Below are positions 1-11,560 of a stretch of DNA of 64,000 bases, piece by piece. Where the stretch lies: contig NC_043006.1 of the NCBI RefSeq assembly GCF_006345805.1, forward strand, positions 17,794,001 to 17,858,000, given 5' to 3'. Both the position numbers and the translations under genes were made by a program. Below the pieces are notes generated by a model. It had not been told where the DNA came from. It saw only the letters and a program-made list of their open reading frames with translations, and did not search any database. Within the stretch, counting starts at the first letter, position 1, and each line of letters opens with the position of its first letter. This DNA is from Octopus sinensis (taxonomy: Eukaryota).

Positions 1-214
1 TTTGCTTCAGTGTTATTTATTTTTTACATTAATCTTAATCTTATTTCCGCCAGAGTTCTTTCGTCACACTCCTGTAACAACGTGAGCCATAGCCAGGCTA
101 GCAAGAAGCTGAAGGACACTGTATTTAGTTGCCTACGGAAAACCGTGACGACTCAACAGTTTCAGATTATTAAACAATGTGTCTAATGTAAAAAATAAAT
201 AACGCTGAAGCAAA
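1..214. mobile_element. MITE-like element with long terminal inverted repeats (left end cut by window edge)
   Basis: 1-30 is the reverse complement of 185-214 with one mismatch. Confidence 0.6.
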
Positions 215-619
215 GTAACACCAAATATATAGTGTGTGTGTTTTTATTGGCTAAACTGGCAAAATGACCATTCCTAAATACAACAATATCTGTTTCAACA
301 CACGATTTCACATCAAAAAATCATGCAAAACAAATATATAAACGTAACTTTCTTGTCTGTTTAATACAAAATACATTTGACACTTCTGAAAACAAAAAAA
401 GTTTGTTTACAATATGTTGTTTTTACCAATCATTGTGCTAATTTTAGAAGAATCTCTATTGTTTTTTTATTTTTTTCATTTGGTCTTTAGATCAATTTGC
501 TTGATGATATAAGTATTCCTTTGTATTTTGTGTCAGTATAGTCTGGCAGATGTAGAATTCCACAATTTCCCATGAGCTAATTTCCCCTTTGTAGTTTTGA
601 TATATTTAATAAAAAGTTC

Positions 620-781
620 ATGGTGTAGCTGTGTGGTTAAGAAGCTCACTTTGCAGCCACATGGTTTTGAGTTCAATTCACTGTATAGCACCCTCAGCAA
701 ATGTCTTCTAATGTAATCCCAGGCCAACAAATGTCTTGGGAATGAATTTGGTAGATGGAAACTGTGTGAAACATTGTCACG

Positions 782-830
<49 letters not shown>
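620..830 (+). mobile_element. Diverged tRNA-headed SINE family A, 5' part plus (TA)n
   Basis: gctgtgtggttaagaagctcac...ggttttgagttcaattcactg...gaatttggtagatggaaactg resembles the other family A copies. Confidence 0.7.
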
Positions 831-834
<4 letters not shown>

Positions 835-983
835 GACTACCTGTAACCCATTGGTTCACCAGGAAAGTCTGAGTTTCCCAGCAATAGAGTTTTGCTTCAT
901 GGTTTTTCCAGGTTTTTACACATGCTTTCAACGAATGTGACATCGAAATCATGAGTAAACAGCTCCTTTCCCCAGAAAAGGAA

Positions 984-1098
984 AGATTTGGCTGCTATTT
1001 CTTGCACGCCCTGCTACCACGTAACAGGTATTTTGGGTCCTTTATCACAAATAGCTGTTACGTGGTAGCAGGGTGTGCTAGAAATAGCAGCCTAATCT
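984..1098. repeat. Palindromic MITE-like hairpin (44-bp arms)
   Basis: Arms 984-1027 and 1055-1098 are 41/44 complementary. The end motif agatttggctgctatttct recurs near 2697 and 3500. Confidence 0.85.
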
Positions 1099-3560
1099 TT
1101 GGAGGTGAGACACGTTGAATGCACTTGGAAAAAACATATGGAAAAAATTATTTCACACCGAGGTTACAAACAGGTCTTTTACGAAATATCTACTATATTT
1201 TTAAAGTCATTTTCACTTTGAAATATTTTTTAAATATACCAAAAAAATTTTTGGAATGGTATTCACTTGAAAATAATTTGAAAAAAACATTGAAATATTG
1301 TCTCTTTAAAGAAAGCTAAAATATAAATGCTTACTGTACAAACAACTTACATTTTTGAAATTACATTCACTTTAAAATAATTCTAAATAATTAAAATATT
1401 GTGTTTAACAAAAGCAAAAATAGAAACATTTACTGTAAAAAACAAATATTTTCTCATTGTCAAGTCACTATGTCTAATCAAAAGGTCAGAGATTCTTTCC
1501 TTTCAGGATTAACTTATTTTCGGAGTATTTTCCCATTGTGCACCGTTTTGGGTATTTATACCCCAAAAGCCCCTAATATCTCAATAACCAGTTGTCCGAT
1601 CTACGCAAAACTTGTTTTATTCCGTTTGTATTCACATTTCTGGAGAAAATTAATTCATAGTATTTTCCCATTATGTGCCAGTTTGGTTGGGTAACATTGC
1701 AAGCAAGCAAGATTCAAGCTCACTTTTAATGTATTACATGTATGTATGTATGTATTGTCCACTCTGCTGGGTGGTTGGTGCCTTCACATGTACATAAATC
1801 ATCCAATCCATGCTAGCTTGGAACATGGGCATTAAATGAGGATGATGATGTTATACAATAAGCTTTCCTTTCACAGTTTCTGTCTACTAAATTCACTCAC
1901 AACATATTGGTTGACCTGGGGCTGTAGTAGAAGGTGCTCCACAGTGGGACTGAACCCAAAACCACATGAATGCAAAGCAAGCTTCTTAACCATACAGCCA
2001 TTAGAGTGGAAATATATTTCTTTAATAACATTTCCTCACCAAAAATGAAGGATATTACCAACACTCTATGAAATAACCTGATTAAAAAAAGTATGTGGTA
2101 ACAGGCAGTGGGCTGGCCCCATATTGGAAGATAATGAGCTAGATGGTAATATTAGTAAGAGGGAGAATATTTGAGAAGACTAAAAATTTTACTGAGGTGC
2201 ATTCGTTGCAATGAAAGATTGGTAATGTAGGTGATGCGAAGTGAAGAGGCTGGCATATATTAACGATGCTGAAATGGATGTGGGAATTAAACAGTTCTGA
2301 AGAGCAATTAAATATAGGTAATAAAAAAGATGTAACATCCCTATCACTTAAAAGAGAAGATTTATTGACTGAACATATTGACTTTCTTTGAATGTGATCT
2401 TGGATAATGACTATATAGCACTTTGAGCATAACAACAAACTTGTTATATAGTTTTTTTAAAACAGAATGTAATAGTGGTGGAAGGGAGGGTGAGCAATTA
2501 TTTTGCATGATTTGATGGTGTTGTTGTTGTTGTTGCTGCTGCTGCTCTTTAGATAAGTCAACATTGATCTCTCAGACCTATGATCAAAGGCACTCCTACT
2601 ATGCCTGGCTTTTCTTTTCAGAGGTTAGTAGTACTACATGATCTAATACATTAATTTTTTTAAAAATCTAAAATGGTTGGATTTCATTTTAAGTGATTTG
2701 GCTGCCATTTCTAGCAGGTCAAGTGACCACATCTTGATTCCCTTGTTGATTTGTGTATGATTGGTGCAGGTGTTTGGAGAAAGAAAATTCATAAATTATT
2801 TCTCCACCCACTTATGTTTTCTTTGAAATTACAATTTCAAGTGTATTTAGTAACCAGGACATAATGTAATCTCATTGTAAAAGAATCTTTCCATTTTAAA
2901 TTCAAATTCTTGCTCTGTTTTGACCTCCATTAATTCATCATCATCATCTAATGCCTAGTTTTGCATGCTTATATGGGTGAGATGAAATTTACCAAGACAG
3001 ATTTTCTATGGTCAGATGCCTTCGTGTCCCCGACCCTCACTTGTTTCCAAGCAAAATAATATTTCTCCACAAGCAAACATGTTTTCATGGAAGATTCAAA
3101 AAGAAGGACACCATTTTTATGATGGTGACATTTACTTAGAATTATCATATGATGTCAAGACAAGGATATATATGTGTGTGTGTGTGATAAAAAATCTTTC
3201 AGTTTTTGTCTACCAAATCCATTTATAAGGCTTTGATTAGCTACAGCTATAAGAGAAGACACTTGCCCAAGCTGCCACGCAGTGAAACTGAACCTGTAAC
3301 CATGTTGTTCGAAAGTGAACTTCTCTACCTCACACATTTGCACCTACACAAGTTTGGTGTATTATATTCTACCTATCAATTAGTATAATTAAAGAACCAT
3401 TTTTTTTCTCAACAGGGACTGGTTCTTATGCATTTGTAATTCACCCTTAGTATTAGAAAATCCCCTTGCACACGATCTTCTATGTGTTTCTTCACCTTGC
3501 AAGAAATAGCAGCCAAACTTACTACAAAACTTACCATGTTGTCTTAAGTAAAGAAAAGAA

Positions 3561-3815
3561 ATCATCATCATGATCATCATTTAATGTTCGCTTTCCATGC
3601 TAGCATGGGTTAGATGATTTGACTGAGGTCTAGCGAAGAAGATGGTTGCACCAAACTCCAATCTGATCTGGCAGAGTTTCTACAGCTGGATGCCCTTCCT
3701 AACACCAACCACTCTGAGAGTGTAGTGGATGCTTTTACATGCCACTGGCATGAGGGCCAGTTAGGAGGTACTGGCAACAGCCATGCTCAAATGGTGCTTT
3801 TTATGTGCCATTGCT
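3561..3815 (-). mobile_element. SINE family C ((GAT)n-tailed)
   Basis: catcat tail followed by tttaatgttcgctttccatgctagcatgggtt...ctacagctggatgcccttcctaa. Confidence 0.85.
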
Positions 3816-3849
3816 AAGCATGTATCTGAAGGGCTGGTCAGAACTGGAA

Positions 3850-4480
3850 TACCTTTGATAATAAGGTATTTTTGATCAGGTCTAATCTGGGGTCTAAGCA
3901 ACAACAGTCAATGTACAGATGTACATGTTTACTTGGTAATATCATTCCACTGTGAAGTTGATTTGAGTCTTGCAAAGAATAAACCACTGAAATGTCTCTT
4001 GGCTCTAAAGATACAAAACCAAGTTTCTTTGCTTTTTTTAGTAGAATTAAGTGTACTTTGAGCATATTTGGTGTTGCTGAAGATATTGAATTGTAGCATA
4101 CATTGAAACGTTCTAGGTCCTGAAAGTTCTTTCTAGAAAGTTACACTGTAAAGTGGTTTCCTCATAGGAAATTGGGGTTGAAGCTAGTTAATCTTGTAGT
4201 GTTTTCACATTTGTGCCTCTAATGATAGGTTGTCAGTCTCTAATTGAATTCTCTGGTGAAAATTTTCATTAATGGGAGCTGTGTGTGTAATTAGCAATGA
4301 TCATAAAGTTAACTTTAAGCAGTACAGAAAAATTTGGGGATTAATTCAGTGCTGTAAGCCATAGAATTGTTTATTGTGACTTGATATAGTTTGGTTTGAT
4401 TTCCCAAATGTTGCTGCTCTTTTAGGAACCAACCTAACATTACTGACCTATCTAAACTTAGCTTCTTCATGTATTATATA
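3850..4480 (-). mobile_element. Highly degraded RTE (Bov-B-like) LINE ORF 3' region
   Basis: Minus-strand pieces AATFGK, NFHQR, TNVKTL and a terminal RLDLI resemble RTE RT C-terminal motifs (AAFGRL, RFHQRCLR, TNVEVL, RIGL.SH). Many stops and frameshifts. Confidence 0.45.
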
Positions 4481-5899
4481 AATTTATAAGATCATTTAAA
4501 TAAGTATGATAGCAATAGTTTAGAAGGTAACAAGCCCTTTGTAAATGTTTTCATATTTAATTTGGTTACAAAAAAACTCAATTATTTCTTTGGTTTTGAT
4601 AGATTTTATATTTGTGATATTCAGAATTTAATTTGTGATCACCGTAGAAAAAAAGGCTAAGGTTCCCAGCAGTTCAGCTTCTTGACAGAGAAGTAATCAC
4701 CAATTAATTCTATTTCTAATACTGTGAACAATATTTATCATGAGTTGTCAATGTGGCTTTTCTCATTCCTTTAAATTATAGAGGTAGTTTCAGAAAAGCA
4801 TTGTTTCTCAATTTTTTTTCTCACACTGAACTCTGATATGTTCAGTGTGAGGAAAAGAGTAGGGAAACTGTAGTTTGTGTTTAGGCTATGCATTTTATTT
4901 TAATACTATGGACAAATAGGATGTGAAAACTCTGCAATCCACATCATCAAAGGAGGAGTGATTTGAATATGAACTAATATAAAGATAGGAGCTCTTTGCT
5001 GTTATTGGTAGTATAATTCACCCTGTCTATACTGTAAAGTTGTTTATGATAGGAAGGGAATCCAACCTGAAAAGCTGTCCCTATCCCTCCAAAAACAACA
5101 CCCATGACAAGAAAGTTGGTTGGCTTTTCTCTGTTGCTATGTGTGCTACTTGGCAAAGAACTACATCACATGGTGAGATGCTGTGAAACCCATGCCAGCA
5201 TAGTAAAATAGAGAGATGATGATGATGACGGTGGTGGTGGCGGCAGTGGCGGTTCCTCCTCCTCCTCCTCCTTTTCCTCCTCTTATCGAATCACATCTAG
5301 AATCCTTGAGTTTTAGCAATATATGTTACATACTGAAGTCGATCCCTTTCTCACTCCTTGGGGGGTAAAAAAATAATAGAATATTTATAATGTTTCTGCT
5401 TTTCCCAAGTGTGAAGTGTACTTACTTTCATCTGGAATCAAAACTGAAACATAAAATTTGCTTGCCTGGAGTTTACTTCTCTTCCACCAAAATCACAAAT
5501 TCTAAAGTATTATCAGTTCCAGCCATAAATTTGTAACTTCATTCAGATTACTGCAAGGTATGGATAGATGTGTCTGAAGTAATAAAACAATACATTTTGG
5601 ATACAGGCTTATCAGTAATTAGTTTATGACGTATTAATCATGGCTTTATGTGCCTTTGCTTTGAAACAAAGGCAGTATAATTAACACAGTTCAAAGCTGG
5701 ACTAAATTCATTTTAACTCAGTGTCTCGTTATCTCTACTATTCTCATTTCCTCATTAATAAAATTGCTATCAATCATAAAAATGTTTATAAATCAAATTC
5801 TGTCCATCAAAGTAATATTTGTGCTTAGGAGGATGGCAGTGCTGTAGTTTCGGAGGGCCTGCAAAGGTGATGGCCACTGCCAACCCTTTTTCTGATTAA

Positions 5900-6830
5900 C
5901 TCTGAATGTACATGATTGTATTTTAATCATCACTGCTTTGTGCCTTTAATTAATTCCAGCTTAACAAAGCCTAGCACCCACCAGCAAATTTATTATTTTC
6001 TGTTTACATAAAATAATTATTCTGAGTAGGCTCTGACTGATAGAGTTGATGTCTGTAACTGATGAAGTGTGATGACACAGAAACACATATCATACAATTC
6101 AATGTCATTCGGAGCAGAGTTCAGTGTATTTTCACACATATTGTCTATAAGACTTTTTCTTCTGAAGCAATTACCATAGCAAAAGTCTTTCTACATTTGT
6201 GTGCACACAAACATTAAGTATATTGTATTTACATGAACATCATCATCATCATTTAACGTCTGCTTTCCATGCTAAGCATGGGTTGGACGATTTGACTGAG
6301 GTCTGGCGAACCAGACTCCAATCTGATCTGGCAGAGTTTCTACAGCTAGATGCCCTTCCTAATGCCAACCACTTTGAGAGTGTAGTGGGTGCTTTTATGT
6401 GCCACCGGCACAAGGGCCAGTTTGGTGGGAAGATGTTAAATATAAATTTTTTGTACCTAGCTTCAATCTTTGCTGCTGAGTGCTTCTAATAAATTCATTC
6501 TAGTTTGACAAAGTTTTGCAGATGCTACCAAAATTATTTGTTTTTTACATATGAGAAGGGCAGTTCTTAATGGTTTATGAATGGTGGATTCATTGTCCAT
6601 AGCTGATGAAGTTTAACAAGGCAGAAACATATAACCTGCTGTCCATTGACATTATTCACTGCTCAGCATGTTTTCACACACTTGGTCTATAAGGAGAATT
6701 TCTCTTCTGATACAAATATCACTGCAAAGATCTTTGTACATTTGAGTATACAGAAACATGTTAAGTATATACATGCACACAGCTTTATTTTAATCATCAT
6801 TACCTAGTGTGCCTTTAATTAATTTATTTA
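5900..6830 (+). repeat. Decayed direct repeat (about 2.5 units of about 350 bp) with hammerhead-like cores, interrupted by a SINE
   Basis: 6050-6238 aligns with 6594-6780, and 5910-5960 aligns with 6775-6830. Confidence 0.65.
6238..6425 (-). mobile_element. SINE family C, 5'-truncated
   Basis: catcatcatcatttaacgtctgctttccatgctaagcatgggttgg... Confidence 0.85.
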
Positions 6831-7089
6831 CTGACTTACTGATTTTAGTTTAAATCCTATGAAGGTAGGTTTACTTCATGTTGTTCAAGAATCAATAAAT
6901 CAAATATCAGAAATCACTTGAGGTCGATTTGGGTTTTCATAAAATATCACCTTTAAGGCTAAGAAACAAATGTGAATTTACATCTTTAAAGTACAGAATA
7001 GTGCAGTTTTCCTTTTTTTCTTCTTTTTTTAATGTAATGTTTTATGTGAAGTTATTAGTATTTTGGAATATATTGATTGATTCAGTTAA

Positions 7090-8612
7090 AAATCAATGTT
7101 AATTTACGGGGCATTACGAAATATTTTTGCTTTTTTTTTTTTGTTAGAAATTTTCAATATTTCAATTTTTTTTTTCTTCTTTTCATTAGCATTTTCCAAA
7201 TCTGTTTCCATTTCTTGCTGAGTGCCTTCCTGACACCTAGGGCAGAGAAATGTACTGTATACATTGGTAGGCCATTAAAATAAACACACCAGATTGTTCA
7301 TTTACAAGTCATGTGATAGAGAAAAGAGGCAACACAGAAAGAAAAAGGCAACATTAAAAAAGTTAACAAGGCAGTGCTCCAGCATGGCCGCAGTCAAATA
7401 ACTGAAACGGTTAAAAGAGTAAAAGAATAGAATAAAGGGGGGGGAAAGAAAATTCACAGCAACAATGCTCTTCTCAGTATGTGTGATGTACCAGTTAAGA
7501 CAATCTTTTGCACTTCCTGCATGGATGGTAAACCGGGGATCATCATCATCATCATCGTTTAACGTCCGTTTTCCGCGCTAGCACGGGTTGGACGGTTTGA
7601 CCGGGGTCTGGGGAGCCAGGGGCTGCTCCAGTCTGGTCTGGCAGTGTTTCTACAGCTGGATGCCCTTCCTAACGCCAACCACTCCGCGAGTGTAGTGGGT
7701 GCTTTTTACGTGCCACCTGCACAGGTGCCAGAGGGGTCTGGCATCGGCCACATCCTTAAATAATTTTTGGTTTCTTTTTTTATCATGCCACGTGCTCCTA
7801 CAATCACTGGTATTGTAACCATCTTGAGATGCCACATCTTTTCGATTTTGTTTAGCAAATCTTTATATTTTCTGAGCTTATCAAATTCTTTTGCTGAGAT
7901 ATCATGGTCACAAGGTATGCTCATGTCAATCAATAAACAGATTTCATTGTTTTGGTCTTTCACAACAATATCTGGTTTATTTGCTTTGATGGTCCAGTTT
8001 GTACATACTGGGAAGTCCCAAAGAATAGTTACATTTTCTCCCTCGGTTACAGCCCCAGGGTAGTCCTTGTACCATTTGTCAGCAGTTTTAATTTTATAAT
8101 GTTGACACATTGTCCAATGTAGATATTGGCCAACTCTGTCTTGTCTTGATTTGTACTCAGCAGGTACTAAAACTTTACATCCAGAGATTAGGTGATCCAC
8201 TGTTTTAATCCTGTCGTTGCAGTATCTATACTTTGAGTCTACACCATTTTTCATCACATTGGCTTGATAGTTCCAGGTAAATAAGCTCTGATCTTGGGCA
8301 GCCAAGATAAAGCCTTCACTCTCTACCTTTAGCCCTGAGCTCCATAGCCACTGATGGGTATGCTTCTGGTCTACATCAGCTTGTTTGCTATGGGCCACAT
8401 ATTTGCCATGCAGAGGTTTTTGTCCCCACCTATCAGCCAATCGTTAGCGTATTTTGCTTTGCTATTGGTTTCACCTTCTTCGCAGCTACAGTTGCTGCAC
8501 TTCCATCATGCTGTTCAACCTGGGTATTATGTATAGATTCACTGAAAATTTTTTTGCTCTCCTTCATAACAGAATGAAGTTTCTTAGGTCTTTCATGGTT
8601 TTCAATGAGCTC
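7090..8612 (-). mobile_element. R4/Dong-clade non-LTR retrotransposon 3' fragment (CCHC + restriction-like endonuclease + 3' UTR), interrupted by SINEs
   Basis: ORF 7706-8440 reads CNDRIKTVDHLISGC, TILWDF, IKANKPDIVVKD, LLIDMSIPCD, KEFDKLRKYKDL, IPVIVGARGMI. It continues at 7450-7544 (PGLPSMQEVQKIVLTGTSHILRRAL); the 3' UTR is shared with the 9170 copy. Confidence 0.9.
7545..7750 (-). mobile_element. SINE family C inserted into the Dong ORF
   Basis: Flanked by CATC at 7541-44 and 7751-54; removing it restores the LINE frame NYLRMIPGL. Confidence 0.9.
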
Positions 8613-9055
8613 CCTTCTTGGGACACAAAACTCTACTTGTGAGGACCCGTTGAGGCAAGTGAGGATCAAAATCGAAATCGATCAATGGAAATTGCAGATG
8701 TGTTACCAGTGCCGGTGGCATGTAAGAGAACCTTCCGTTTCGCAACCGTTGCCAGCACCGCCCCGTTTCGTGTCCGTTGCCAGCCTCGCCTGGCCCTCGT
8801 GCCGGTGGCACATAAAAAGCATCATCCGTTCGTGGCCGTTTGCCAGCTCTGTCTGGCACCTGTGCGGGTGGCACGTAAAAAGCACCCACTACACTCTCGG
8901 AGTGGTTGGCGTTAGGAAGGGCATCCAGCCGTAGAAACACTGCCAGATTTGACTGGGCCTGATGAAGCCTTCTGGCTTCACAGACCCCAGTAGAACCGTC
9001 CAACCCATGCTAGCATGGAAAACGGCCGCTAAACGATGATGATGATGATGATGAT
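8613..9055 (+). mobile_element. SINE family C, long copy with internal GTGCC-N3-GGCAC repeats
   Basis: Ends ...catgctagcatggaaaacggccgctaaacgatgatgatg. Confidence 0.9.
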
Positions 9056-9169
9056 TTAGCATCCAGTCATTCGCTGCTTCAAGATATTTTGCCAGTCCAG
9101 TTGTGGTGGTTTTGTAGAAGATTTCTATTATTTAACTTGTACATGATAATTTAATTAGGGTTTTTCTCT

Positions 9170-9720
9170 TGTAATTTGGCAACAGCAAGTCCCCTCAAAT
9201 CTCAAGATTTTTCTTTCTTTCTTCAAATTTTTTTCCGTTTCTCGCCGAGTGTTTTCCGTACACCTAGGGCAGAGAAGCTCATTGTATGCATTCCCAGATT
9301 ATACACGCAAATTCACAAGTAAAATATGTATTTAAAAAAATTAATTAATAAATAAATTTGTGAATGGATGTTGTTTTCACAGCAATAATGCTCTTCTCAG
9401 TACATGAGCCGTTCCAGTTAACATGATTTTCCTTCCTGTAAGGATGGTAAGCCTGGAATCATTTTCAAATAGGCTTCAGTACCTTTTTTTTATCATTCCT
9501 AGAGCTCCTACAATCACTGGTACTGTAGTCGCCTTGAGATGCCACATTTTTTCAATTTCTATTAGCAAGTCTTTATATCTACTGATCATGTCAAATTCTT
9601 TCGCCGCTATATTGTGATCGCAAGGAATACTCATGTCAATTAATAAACACATCCTTTTTGTCTGATCTTTTATAATGATATCCAGTTTATTAGCTTTTAT
9701 TTATCCGGTTTATTAGCTTT

Positions 9721-9724
<4 letters not shown>
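9170..9724 (-). mobile_element. R4/Dong 3' fragment abutting (TAA)n
   Basis: Minus strand IKANKPDIIIKDQ...LLIDMSIPCDHNIAAKEFD...YKDLLIEIEKMWHLK...IVGALGMIKKG; its 5' junction is at the (TTA)n tract 9725-9780. Confidence 0.9.
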
Positions 9725-9770
<46 letters not shown>

Positions 9771-9807
9771 TACTACTATTATTAGTACTACTACTACTAC
9801 TACTGTT

Positions 9808-10040
9808 AAGGCAGCAAGCTGACAGAATCGTTAGCATGCTGGGCAACATGCTTAGCAGTATTTCATCTGCCACTACATTCTGAGTTCAAATTCCATCGGG
9901 GTTGACTTTGCCTTTCATTCTTTCAGGGTCAATAAATTAAGTACCAGTCAAGTACTGGGGGTCGATGTAATTGACTATCCCCCTCCCCCAACAAACTTCA
10001 GGCCTTGTGCCTATAGTAGAAAGGATTATTATTATTATTA
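9808..10040 (+). mobile_element. SINE family B (tRNA-like head, (ATT)n tail)
   Basis: aaggcagcaagctgacagaatcgttagc...gagttcaaattcc...cctatagtagaaaggattattatt. Confidence 0.85.
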
Positions 10041-10632
10041 TACAGTGTGAGAAAAACATGTACAAAATGGCAGGTTGTAATATTAGATTGCAAGAATTAC
10101 ATTTACTATTAGACTCAGTATGCTACATTGGTTTTCAGGCATTATTAGAATCCATAATTTCAAAATAATTTGTTTGCCTGTAATTAAAAATAAAATTATT
10201 TAAATCATGTAAAAGCTATAATATATTCTTTTAGTTATTAATTAAATGTTAAAACTTTAATAATCATTCATCTCTCCCTTTCCTCTCCCCCTCCCCTTCT
10301 CCCTTCTCTCCTTCTCCTCCCTCTCTTTCCTTTTACTTTGTGTGTAAATTACTGGTCACTTATTTGTGCTCTTCTTGTTGGTATATTCTTATAAATTCTA
10401 TCACATTTACATCATCACCATCTTCATTATTTTAACGTGTAACTTTCGATGCCAGCTTGGGTCAGACAAGAATAAGTTGGGATAGAGGTTCCTATAGTTG
10501 GTAGTGGTGGCCATTGGACTGTTGTTGCTTAGCCCCTGGTCAGCTCTGTTAAAGCAAGCTTATGACAGGCATTCCAAGCTTGGCATCTCATCTTATTTTC
10601 AAGACAACATTATCCAAAGTGTCTTTCTCATT

Positions 10633-10745
10633 TTAACCCTTTAGCATTTAAGCCAGCCGTATCCGGCCAAAATATTCTACTTGTTTATATCGATGCTGGC
10701 CAGATCTGACCTCTCACACCTACCCAGCCATGTCAATATAAAAAT
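10633..10745. mobile_element. piggyBac-type MITE fragment
   Basis: TTAA|CCCTTTAGCATTTAA terminus shared with the 38798 and 56148 copies. Confidence 0.65.
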
Positions 10746-10989
10746 AAACAACTACTGCATCAAAATGTCAAGGATACAAGGTAATGATTTCAAATTTTGG
10801 CACGAGGCTACCAATTTCAGGGAAGGGGCTAAGTCAATTACTTCAACCCCAGTGCATGACTGGTATTTATTTTATTGACCACAAAAGGATGAAAGGGAAA
10901 GATGAACTTGGCAGAATTTGAACGCAGAGCTTAAAGACAAATGAAATGTTGACTCTGCCCAAGATAATGCACGATTAATTCAAAACAAT

Positions 10990-11560
10990 ATAATATAATG
11001 AAATTATTGTATACAGTGCTCAGGTGCACCACAACTTGTCAAAGGTGCGTATAAAGCATATGCAGTAATGTACAAATGTCTGGAAAGTGAACAGTGTATG
11101 AGTCAGATACATGCTTGCGTGTGTATGGAGGGGAGAAAATCAGGTGTGGTGTTGGCGAATCTCAGGAAGCATGGAAGTTTTGAAGGATGCAGTGCTCCGA
11201 CAACTAACAACTGATGCTGGCAGTCTGTTCCATGCTTCAGCAACTCTTAGCGTGAAAAAATGTTTCCAAAAGTCATGGGAGCTGTGCTGTTTTCTGACTT
11301 TGTAAACATGCCCACGGGTGTTTGACAGATGGAGTTTGAAAAGGTGCTCAGAGTTATTGTTTGTAAGATGGTTAATAATTTTATGGGTGTCTGCCAAGTC
11401 AGCTGCTAGACGTCAGAGTTTCAATGTATTCATGCCCAGGGAAGTAAGGCGTTCAGAATATGGCAAATGCCTGATGGAGGGTATTCTCTTGGTTGCAGGT
11501 TGCTGAACAGCTTCCAGACGATTAATATCTTGGGCAAGATAGGGATTCCAGACTGGTGAT
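10990..11560 (-). mobile_element. CR1/L2-clade LINE 3' end
   Basis: Minus strand SPVWNPYLAQDINRLEAVQ...NTRGHVYKV...HFFTLRVAEAWNRLPASVV is a typical CR1 ORF2 C-terminus, followed by a 3' UTR and (ATT)-like tail. Confidence 0.9.

Noticed and set aside
2100-2450. Purine-rich, coding-looking stretch
   Set aside because: All frames are interrupted and no protein or TE motif was recognised.
8700-8890. CRISPR-like regularly spaced palindromic repeats
   Set aside because: These are internal repeat units of SINE family C in a eukaryotic intron, with related spacers and no cas genes.
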